From Thalia democratica (Eukaryota): DNA of 64,000 nt. Below, in pieces: positions 25,325-36,315 of this stretch. The notes under the pieces are model-generated. The model ran no database searches and was not told the DNA's origin. It worked only from the letters and a program-made list of their open reading frames with translations. Every line of letters begins with the position of its first letter. The stretch's first letter is position 1. The DNA is taken from positions 39,060,001-39,124,000 of the forward strand of contig OZ241830.1 of assembly GCA_965202585.1 (NCBI GenBank). The letters are read 5' to 3'. The position numbers were made by a program, and so were the translations under genes.

Positions 25325-26730
25325 GGGTGGGTGTCACTTTTGCACGAGCGTCACTTTTGCACAAGGGGACACTTTTGCACGAGGGGACACTTTTGCACGG
25401 CGACTCTTTTGCACGAGCGTCACTTAAGCACGAGGGGACACTTTTGCACGGCGTCACTTTTGCACGAGCGTCACTTTTGCACGAGGAGACACTTTTGCAC
25501 GGCGACACTTTTGCACGGAGGGTCACTTTTGCACGAGGTGACACTTTTTCACGGCGTCACTTTTGCACGAGAAGACACTTTTGCACGGCGAAATTTTTTC
25601 ACGATGACAGTTTTTCACGGCAACATTGTTGCACAACGACACATTTTTACGATGATATTTTGCACAGCGACATTTTGGAACGATGACTTTTTTGCACGGA
25701 AAATATATTTGGCATGCAGGCTGATTAAAAGTTTTTTAACTACTACCAAGTCTGTAACATAAAAAGAAACTGAAAACTAAAATTTTAAAATATACCTATA
25801 TTAAGGCAAAAAATAAAAGATCTAAAATCTTAAACAGTAAAAGTTAATGTTAGAAACAAACTAACGAAAAGATAAAATAACATTATTTATAAAAGATTTA
25901 TACCAGGGACAATAAAGTTAAATTATTTAGAAACTAGGATATTTTATTGCTTTTTTTATTCTCACTAAAAACTAAAAAATAAAAATAAACATCAGGTAAA
26001 ATTTTAAATACCTTTACACTTCATAAACTAACTAAATCTTTATTTTAATTTAACAATTGTTTGAAATAAAAATAAATTTAAAATATTTTCTTAACAGCTA
26101 TATAATGCTTATTATGACATCGAGAGAAAATAAGTAAAAATAATACTCAAAATTCGTGTTTTAAAGCCTTACTAAATTAAGTTTATCTTTCTGTTTAATA
26201 AGTAACAAAATTCAAATTATTTTCATTTAATGTATTCAAATTGTTTTTATTCAAAATTAAAAACGTGTATTCAACTAGTTTATTTAAATTAAGCTAATAG
26301 ATATAAAGTAACGAATTGTGGTACATTATTAATTATTATATAGTTCTACGTAAAACTTTCAATAAAAACTGTACATTAAAATTTCGTTAAAAAACTACCA
26401 CATTTTATTTATCTAAAACAACTTGCGTTTAAAAGCGAATATTATATAAGTTAAAAATTTATTTTTAATTAAAAAAAAAGTCTCCGTGCAAAAGTGTCTT
26501 CTCGTGCAAAAGTGTCACCTCGTGCAAAAGTGACCCTCCGTGCAAAAGAGTCGCCGTGCAAAAGTGTCCCTCCGTGCAAAAGAGTCGCCGTGCAAAAGTG
26601 TCCCTTCGTGCAAAAGTGACGTCGTGCAAAAGTGTCCCCTCGTGCTAAAGTGACGCTCGTTCAAAAGAGTTGCCGTGCAAAAGTGTCCCCTCGTGCAAAA
26701 GTGACGCTCGTGCAAAAGTGACCCGTTCCC
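25325..26730. mobile_element. Foldback/Mutator-type non-autonomous DNA transposon (1406 bp) with tandem-repeat inverted arms and 9-bp TSD
   Basis: TSD AATCTAAGT at 25316-25324 and 26731-26739. Left terminus is GGGTGGGTGTCACTTTTGCACG; right terminus (reverse complement) is GGGAACGGGTCACTTTTGCACG. The arms (~25325-25700 and ~26481-26730) are built of ~14-17-bp units with core TTTTGCACG in opposite orientations. The interior is AT-rich and non-coding. Confidence 0.9.
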
Positions 26731-26784
26731 AATCTAAGTATATCAAATTGAAAGAAGCTGATTGTAAAAAACAAGCGTTTAAGT

Positions 26785-26846
26785 GAAAGCTCGCAAGGTC
26801 ATGTATTAAACTTGAATCAGTAAAACACATGACCTTGCGAGCTTTC
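26785..26846. repeat. Perfect 20-bp inverted repeat with 22-nt loop
   Basis: GAAAGCTCGCAAGGTCATGT (26785-26804) pairs with ACATGACCTTGCGAGCTTTC (26827-26846). Confidence 0.85.
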
Positions 26847-29800
26847 TCTTAAACAATTGGACTATAAAAACTTTAACTCAGAACTTTTTATTAAATTTAA
26901 ACAATGTTCTAATGCAGTTTGATATCCTGTTACAAAGCAAACAAACGCAAAAGAAACAAGTTGACTTTTAAAGTAGATGAGGTTCAAAGTAAAACAAAAA
27001 AACATCAACTTCTGATTTAAATCAAATAGTCTCTCTGAGTTGAATGTTGCAAGAAGGAATCCCTATGGTTGACAAATATACCAAAATAAAAAAACATTCA
27101 AAACAGCGATGATATAACTTTCTTTTGAAGTTTTATCAAAAAATTTGATTATATAAACCTTTATTTGAATAAATAAAAGAAGAAAAAATACACAATAAGA
27201 CAAATAGCTTGCAATTGAAAGACAATTTGAAAAACTTAACAGTATAAACATCTTTTTAAAACAAGATATACAAGTTATAGTTTTTGTATGGTATTTGAGA
27301 TTTTTACTTTTAATTTTAAAACTTGTTTTAAAGGTTTTTTAGTTGTTTAGATAACGTTTTTAGCTTGGTTGAAAGATTTATATTGTACATAGTTACCACA
27401 CACTCAAAGTACTCTAGATTACACTAGGATTTCTTTATTTTTGTTTATAAACTCAGACTGACTCAACATGTTTATAGATTTTTTAATAATCTCAGAATAC
27501 AATTTTTTTCTAGATTTTGAATGAGGTTTAGATGCTTTAATTTCACTATTTCGTTGTTCTACAACCAATTTTGTTGAAGAACTTTATTTTTATTAATTTG
27601 GAAAAGTCAATATATTTCAAGATTTGAAAAATAAATGTTTAGGATGACTCAGACAGTTAAAGGTCACTCAGGACAGATTTTTTTGACAAAAAGAGTGGCA
27701 TTAAAACCCTATGTATTTAGATATATTTTAAACCTCAGAGCTAATTTTGGAGCATTAAATATGATAGTGTAGTTTTAGTTGGCTAATGTTAAAATTTTAA
27801 TTAAAGTGAATTTTGATGGCCATAATATAACACTAATTTTCTTTACAAAAAATTACGTTTATTTCAAAGCTTAAAATTTTAAAACATCAAATGAATATTA
27901 AAGAAATTTAAAATTCTAATTAATTTTTAAGATATAGTCAGTTTAGTATTTTTTTATTTAATTTAGAGTTGTTGACTTAAGTTTAGTTAGTCTAGTTAAA
28001 GTATAGTGAACTATACTTTAGAATGATATCAACTGGTAAAAAATAGCCATATCTATTATTGACTTAACTGTTAAAATGTAATTTGAATATTATTTAAGAC
28101 TCTGTTTACATAGTTTCAAACAACATCGTAATGAAATAACAATTTTAAAACAAACTACAAAAAATAAAATAAATTGACTGACTCAAGCTGGCGGACTTGT
28201 TTTAATCATTAATAATTTTGACAATTTAAAATAAAAACAACAACTAAGTATTACCTAATGATTCTAATTATTTACTGTTGTGTATTGGTACTAACTATAA
28301 TTTTAAATCAGAAATGTTCTTTAATTGATACTTGCAGAAGGCAGCCAACAAAATAAGTTGTAGCTTTAAAAGCTAGGACTACCGACTGAAAAAAATGAAT
28401 AAAATGAATTTTATACAAACTAAACAAAATTAAAGTAGTCTCAAGTGAAGTTTTATAGTGATTTAATATATTCTATTTATAGTTGTTTAATTATATTGAA
28501 AGGATTTAACTGAACATCAATACTATTTTTAATTTGTTTTTTAATTGTTATCCTTAGTTTTTATTATTATGTTGCTAGCTTGACAACTTTTTCATTCCCT
28601 TACCAACTTGTTTTATAGAAAAAGTTAGAGATATCAAAATATACTATAGTTGTACTTAATGTTTATTCGGTTTAAATCTTTGCTCTTTAAAAGTTAAAGT
28701 TTTAAAAAAATAAATATTTTTTAATTTTTTTTATGCACAGCGTGCTGACAATCGGGTGTTGTATCTTTCGGTGACGAGAAAATTAAACAAAGTATTCTAA
28801 ACTAGCTGGGTAGAATAATTTTCAAACTGTGTTTGTTTCTTCTGATCCAACTGTTTCAGCTTCCAAGTTGAAGCTCGGCTATTTTCGTTATTTTAATTCG
28901 AAAATTACTTTAAAACCAAGACCTAACAATAATAAATAAAGATACTTAAACTACAAACAAATTATTTTTTTTCATGTATAGTAATTTTTTTGCATACAAT
29001 TCTGAGTTTCTAAACTTATTACAAACTTATTTAAAACTAGTTCATTATTACTGAATGTTGCTACTGGCTATTTACTGAAAAAAACATAATGATAGACACA
29101 ACAAGTAAGAAGTTTTTTGAAAAAAAAAAAAAAAAGTCAAGCAAATCAAATTGAAAAATAAAACATAAACTTAAGCATAAATTCAATCAATCAAAGATCG
29201 CATAACAGTTGATTACGTAGCTAATTTTAAGTAGTTTTAGATTATTATCTTAGAACATTTTACTAATATAGAAAAGCTAAACCTTTTTTAGTGAGTAGAA
29301 GGTTTCAAAAAGTTTTAAAAATTATAAGGCAAGCTAATATAAATGTTTTAATATCTAAAACAAAAATTGCTACACAATTTAATACATTTATTATACTTTA
29401 CTGAAGAAATAAAATAACCCAAATTCTCTTTTTTTCCAATATATTTCTGTCAGTAAAAGTACAGTTGAAAAATAAACTAAGACAAAACACAAAAATTATA
29501 TATTTTATAAATATAATAATTAATCAATAACTAAACCAAGCGTAGTCAAGATAAGTAAAATTTAAAATTAAACAAAGTGGCTTGTAACTAAATAAGGCTA
29601 AAGCGTAATCAGATTTTTTCTATTTACATAAATTAAGTTTATTGAGATGTATTAGAATGGCTTCTAGTCTTATCAATTAAGTATTTGAATATTGTCTCGT
29701 AATACTAAATTTTGATATATAAAAGTTGTTTCCACAACATGTACTGTTTACTAAATGTTCAGTTATAGCTTATATTTTATCTAATTCTTGACCACTATGT

Positions 29801-32620
29801 TATTTTTGTCTTTTCTGTAATTGTTATACGAAATAATACATTTTGGAAAATGCTCATTCATTTTTGTTTTTAGGTGACGGCAAGTTTGACCAATTTAACT
29901 AATTTCACAGTAGCATTAACACTTGTAGACTACGAGACTTTTTCTTCTGGTAACATTAGGTCTTTTCCTGATCAAGTTGTATTTTCTCTGACGAAAATTG
30001 ATGAAATATATTGTAAAAGAAAGAAATTGAGTTATCTTATTTATTTAGTAAAATTTAAAAATAAGCCTGATATTTACGCTGTTAACACTTATTATAGTTT
30101 GTGTTATCAGTAAAAATGTTTACTATTACTTTTGTGTTGAAGAAGATACAGGGATTTTTGATAACATGAAATTTGCTTCAAGTAACTTTATTCCTTATCA
30201 ATTGTTTAATTTTAGGATGTGTCTTGTCAATTGATTAAATGCTTTAGTATTTAGACGTTCGGACTAGATTATTTTTGAATCATTAAATTATTTTTCTTCT
30301 TGTAATTTAATAAGCCGATCGTTTTAAATCATTTATACCAAGTTTTAAGCTTACTTATATCAAAAACTAACTTTTTCTGTTTTTTTTTTGGTTAAAATTT
30401 TTTGCAATTAGTTTTAAAAAATAACTGAAAAAAGTTTTAAACTATTTTAAAATTTATTTTATTTACAAATCAGTATGTTACACTTAGCTTTATCAAACCT
30501 TCGAAAAATTTATTTATTTACTTTATTTATTAACTAATTAAAACTTTTAAGGTAATACAAATAAACAACACACACCTCTACTACGCCTACATAACAATTT
30601 TTATTGATAGTCATTTTTTGTTTGTCACTAATCAGTTAGCTGGTAAATAAGTTTTTCTGATTGAAAAAATAGTTAAACTTTTGATAGCTAGCTTTCATTT
30701 TTATAATAATAATTATTATACCTGTTCAAAAAAGTTTTTTACAATTGTTTCATATATGAGATATTTCTATTTCGTAAAATCATCATAGACAATTTACTTT
30801 TACACAATTTCATAATATACAAATGTTATAAATATTTCGAAGTAGTATAAATTTTTTTACAATAAACTAGTTTTTGTTTTGATATTAATTTAAGAACTTG
30901 TAAATGTTGAAAAAGTTTAAGTAATTGCTATGAATTTTTTGTTAATTACTGAAAAGGAAAATTTATTATAGAAAAAATAGTTAAACTTTATGTATACATT
31001 ATCAAAAAGTCCTTTTCAGAAAAAATAAACCAATTCAAATTAAAGTCAAAGTAAATTAAGCCGCATATCCAAACAGTTTTAAACATTTTTCTAATATCAG
31101 CTTATAGTAACCACCCGATGTGTAGACTGTGCGTAAAAGTAACTACCACCATAGTTTAAACGTTTTAGGACTAAAACTACTTTATCAAAAAAATGTCTTG
31201 ACATTTATTATGAATATGCTTGAAAAGTTAATTTAATAAACCATCAAACTCATTTTGATTAATAAAACATTTGTGTAAAATTATTTAAATGCAAAAAAAA
31301 AAGTCAAAATATTAGAATTTTTGTAGATTTAAGTATTTTATTCCTATAACTTGTCTAACAAACGATACAAAAAGTTATGAAAACTATCTGATTGTAATAA
31401 ATAACGATGATTTGGTCATTTGTAAACTAACCGCTTTGTTTTCTTTGAACCAAGGATTAATTTTAAATCAAAAAATATGTGAAGTCACGTTTTAAGTCCA
31501 ATAGTTAAACCGTTTATCCTAAGGCTTAGTTGGTAAAACTATTTGTAAAAATGTTATATAGCTATAATAATTGAATTAAAGTACGCTTGTTTTAAGGTTA
31601 AACATAATAATAGTTAAGTAATCCCTGATAGGATTATTAATTTTTGTTATATTAACATGCATAACAAAAATTCATTAGTAAAATAACATTTAGTTATTTT
31701 CAAGTAATATCAAATTATTTATAAACTTGCTATAAAAAAGCATACTTTTGTTAAAGATTGGCTAAAACCAAGCGTTATTATACAACTCTATAAGAAACTA
31801 AAAATTTATATTGATATAATATTAAGATCATAAATTTCTAAAACTAAATCAGTTTAATAGGTTTTTATTTTTTTATCAAAACCGATTAAATATCGAGCAG
31901 ACACTTTTAACTATAAAAACAGTACAACTAATGACAAAATTAAACTTTGCAATAATATTTTAAATGTTGTCCTACATTAACTTAATTTTTAACAACTATG
32001 AAAACTGATAACAATTTAATGGATGCACCTAATGATTTATTACCTAAAAAACTTTTAAGAACAAAATATTAGTACATACTATAGATAGTGTTAGTGTATA
32101 TTATAAAATTCCCAGAAAAAGTAAACTGGCTTGGGCAGAGCACTTATAGTAATCTAAACAAAAACAAACTGACTCATTGTTTAACTATTTGTATATCACT
32201 CACTTGTTGTGTGGTTTTTTATGTATTTGAAAGTTAATTAGTTTTATGCAAAATCCTATAAAATAGATACTTAGATTTTACAAACTCTGATTTAAAAAAA
32301 TATCTTCAAAGTTTACATATGTTTTTAATAACTGTTACCTACAAAATATTTTAAAATAAAATATTAACTCTAAAGAAAGCTATAACTTGTATTGAAAAAA
32401 ATTAATGGTTTATGTTTACACAAAAAAGCTTGTAATAACTTATAATTTTGTTTAAAATTGGAAAAACTGTTTGATTAAATTGAATAAATTGAAAATTTTT
32501 TCAGAATAAAAAGTTCTAAAACTTAAAGATTTATTGACCTATTAGTTGTAATTTTCAGATTAAAATATAGAAAAAAATTATATTCAACTTAAAGTACTAA
32601 AAAGTTTTAAATTTAAGCTA

Positions 32621-32738
32621 CTGGACAAGACGTTATAAGGTATCGAAGTGGTGTGCGACTCGATAACCAAAAGGTTCTTCGTGCACCAGGTCCTAGAACC
32701 AAATGCTTTGAGCGCTTTTTTTGTCGCTTAATAAACTA
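32621..32738 (+). repeat. Dispersed ~120-bp repeat (SINE/LINE 3'-end-like)
   Basis: Similar to 41260-41382, 43499-43623 and the partial copy at 13007-13059. All copies are in the same orientation and end at ..aataaacta. Confidence 0.75.
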
Positions 32739-32988
32739 CTGTTAAATATATGGTCTTTTTATATATTTTACTACAACACATGAATTTTATCAGTAATTTA
32801 CAAAAATAAAAAATGTAAACCAAAAGCAAAAATTGGTATTTCACTATTGACATTTATGTTTAATCGATTGTAAAAGTAAGAATTACATCGTAGTACATAA
32901 CTACAAAAGCTATTGTTTACTTTTTTTTAATTTTAAGTAAATAACTCTATCTGAACTTCAGATTCTTTTGCTTTGCGTCTATTTAAAG

Positions 32989-33337
32989 CAGGGGTCGGCA
33001 AACTGCGGCCCGCGGGCCAAATGCGGCCCTCAAAGCGAAAATTTGCGGCCCGCGAGGTACTTTTTAGCTAAAAACATAAATTTCTAAGAATAAAAAAAAA
33101 AGGTTTTGCAATAAAAACTTATAATTATGCTCTTAATTTTATTAATACTCTTTACTAGTGCTATTATACTGCTTATGTTGTTATACTTTTGATTTAAAAC
33201 AATATATTTTTAATAATTACTATAACTAATTTCAAATAACTGCGGCCCTCGAAGACTTTTTTTCTAAATTGTGCGGCCCGCGACTAATTTTTTCTGAGAA
33301 AACTGGCCCGCGAGTTACAAAAGGCTGCCGACCCCTG
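32989..33337. mobile_element. hAT-superfamily MITE (349 bp)
   Basis: 12-bp terminal inverted repeats CAGGGGTCGGCA / TGCCGACCCCTG, an 8-bp TSD ATTTAAAG (32981-32988 and 33338-33345) and subterminal GCGGCCC(G) repeats. Confidence 0.93.
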
Positions 33338-34826
33338 ATTTAAAGTATAATTTAAACTTTAACTTTAATATAGAATATAAATATAAAATATCAAACGATA
33401 TAAAATAAAAAATAGAACTTGTTGTGTAATCATTAAACTATAGTTATGAAGATTTATACTTAAAAATAAAAAAAAGTATAAGTACTCTACAAACGCGAAA
33501 CATTGTAGAATTGTCAAATAAAGGAGTTACCAGAATTTTATAAACTATTCATTTTCTATATAGTTTATTATAAGTAGACTATTAAATATTAAAATTGAAA
33601 ATATATTAAATAAAAAAAATTGACATAGACCTAATAAATATAAACGACTAAGCAAAAATTTATATTTCATCAAAAAATGACAATTTTCAATCTCAAAGAA
33701 ATCTGCAAATAAAAGTAGTTTTATTTGACGGTTTTTTCGATGAAAAAAACAGGTTTTTTTAATAACTATAACGCACATTTGTGTATATCGCATTTGGATA
33801 GAAAATAATGTGCTTAAATAAGGTTAAACACTTTCCACTGAGTCCACTTAAAGGACTTATAATAATTTGTTTAGAAAAGTCCATTTAAAAACCTCGAACA
33901 TATGCTCCATAAAGCTAAATGCTTTAATCTTTAGCTAGTACGGATATAATAAATACCACTTTACTAAAGATTGATGCAAAAGTTTTATAAAAAAACAAAA
34001 AAAACTTTGACGTATTGTTAAATACTATACAGTTTAAATATTAAATAAAAAAACTAATCTTCCATCCGAACAAACAACTAAACATCATTGTTTAGCAATG
34101 TGCTATCTATTTCAAACCGTACTAGCTGATAATTAAAGCATTTACCTGTTATGAAACATATGTTCTGGTTTTTTTTAGATCAACTTTTCTAAATAAACTA
34201 CACATACATGTAAAAATAATATAACATCTTAAAACAGGGATTTTTTTATATATATTATTTAGAAAGTAGTTACTTGAATTTATTGCTTATTAAAACTAAG
34301 TAGAAAAGATCGTTCGAAAGTCCTTACAATAATTAAGAGCTCCATCTATTAATAGAACAACGGAAAAACACTTTTATTTGTAAAAAAACGTTCCAAACAG
34401 TTAGATATTTAAAATTTACATATTAAATGGAAAGTTGTGTTATTTTATTGAAATTATATTTAGTCTCTAATTACAATATAAAAAATTAGTACAATTAAAA
34501 AACCAACTTAAGGACTTTTTTATTAAAAATTTTGATATTTCAGGAAATTTTTACAATCTAATTTATTTTATAACTAAAATTACCAAATTACAACATACAA
34601 AAGGTCATATCAATTTAAAAAACAATTGAAGGGTTCTTTAATAAAAGCTATACATTTCTGAAATTTAATGCTACTTAATTGCTCCCTTTTATTTTCTGTT
34701 TACAACATAAAAAAAAAAAATTCAAAAAATAGTTTAAGCGGTTTTTTATTTAAAATCTACATATTCCAGGGCATCTGTGTTATTCAACCAAAAAATTTTA
34801 ATTTAAAACCTGATGATTTCGCTTAC

Positions 34827-35019
34827 CGGCGATGCCGCCCAAGATTAATCTAGTTACTCGTTTTGAACTAGGGAAAACACCCCGAAAAATGTCCAGAGCG
34901 CCGGTGATTCACAAAACCTGAAACTTTGAGGTCATTTGAAGTTCAAACTAAAAAAAAGCTACATTCTACCACAATGAATGACAACAATCGTGACGTATAA
35001 GTCCGATTTATTACGTCAC
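34827..35019 (-). promoter_or_regulatory. Candidate promoter plus non-coding first exon
   Basis: GC-rich island ending on the minus strand in a strong donor CCG|GTAAGC (34827/34826). All three minus frames contain stops. An inverted pair of CRE-like sites, GTGACGTA (34990-34997) and TACGTCAC (35012-35019), lies upstream. Confidence 0.35.
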
Positions 35020-36315
35020 AGTGTCGGTCGGTACCATTCTCTATTTATTACGTTCTCACACTTTGTTGGAACATTAACGTTGTTTAACTTTGTTAAAAAT
35101 CTCTTACAACTTCTGTTCTAAGGTTACTTCTTAATTGTTTAGAAAGTCTGAACATTAGTTGACTTTCTACTATTTATTTTCTTTCAACTGCATAAATTTA
35201 TAAGAAAAAGAAAAGTCATGTAAATACTTACTTTTGTTATGCAGTTGCGTAACAAAATAGTTTTATGAGTCATTTGAGTTATATAAACTGTTTTCTCTGT
35301 TACGTAACAGTACTCTTAGTTATAAATGTCAAAAAAACATGGTATTATAGTTTGTTGTTAAATCTAATAAATTGCCAATCACAAAATAAAGAAGTAAAGA
35401 TTTATTCTGCCAAAAAACCTCAAACTTAGAAACGTCTATATTTAGCTAACTTTTTAGGTAGAACAAAACATTTACGGCTAGTGTAGAAAAAGAACTAAAA
35501 CATCATTAAAGATAATACATTTTCCCAAAGAACATAATACGCCTTAGCTAAGTTTTCGTGTTATTAGATTTTTATCATTCTAAAACAAATACTTTTAAAA
35601 ATAACAGTAGTCAAAACAAATTGATAGGGATAGTAAATGATTTAGTTAGAAGTAATTATATGTTATAAATTTGTTACAAATTATTAATAATAAAAAAAAC
35701 AACAGTCGAAACAACTTTAAAATGCTGCAAAAACACTTTAAGCTGTTAATTTTTCATAATGCCGTCCAATTAATTCACCTTACTAAAAATCGCAATAAAA
35801 GTCACGTTTTTTCCAAATTTATTTAAACTCAAACACAAAAGAGCAACATTTAATTAAGCAAGTATAAATACTAAAACACAATAAAAATGTAAAGCAAAAT
35901 TGTTTTCTAGTATTAAGCAGCTAATAATGTTCTTAACTGAGAAAGAGGCAATAGCAATAGTAAAACAAATTATAAGTAAAATAATTTTTATTCGGATACT
36001 GCAGTGACAAAAACGTTTCAGTTTTTTTTTTTGAGCTTTTAAAATGAATAAAGTGATCAGAAAGATGTGTTTTTCTTATTTTCTATTAAATCTTTATCAA
36101 ATGAAAATTTCACTAGAAAAATAATTTAAAAAACATTATAACTTTCTGTTTCGAAAAATGCTTTTATTCTAATAACTTAATTTGTGAAATAAATTGCAAA
36201 TTTTGGATCAAAATTTCATAAAGTAGCAGCGCTGGCTGCCATTTTGGAAAAATAGAAATAAAAACAAAAACAAAGTTAATTTCTCAACACATTCTGGTTA
36301 ACCTGCAAGACTTAC

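Noticed and set aside
25254-26830. Repetitive ORFs (HERHFCTR / VTFARASLL types)
   Set aside because: These are translations of the TTTTGCACG tandem units in the Foldback arms, open on both strands and in several frames.
28740-30113. Exon-like segments at ~28740-28915 and ORF 29874..30113
   Set aside because: Acceptor-like sites exist, but no consistent multi-exon frame or recognisable protein could be built on either strand.
34810-34921. CTGATGA ... GAAA..GTC (third hammerhead) or TGATGA ... CTGA (C/D snoRNA)
   Set aside because: Hammerhead stems I, II and III cannot be formed, and there is no terminal stem or recognisable rRNA guide for a snoRNA.
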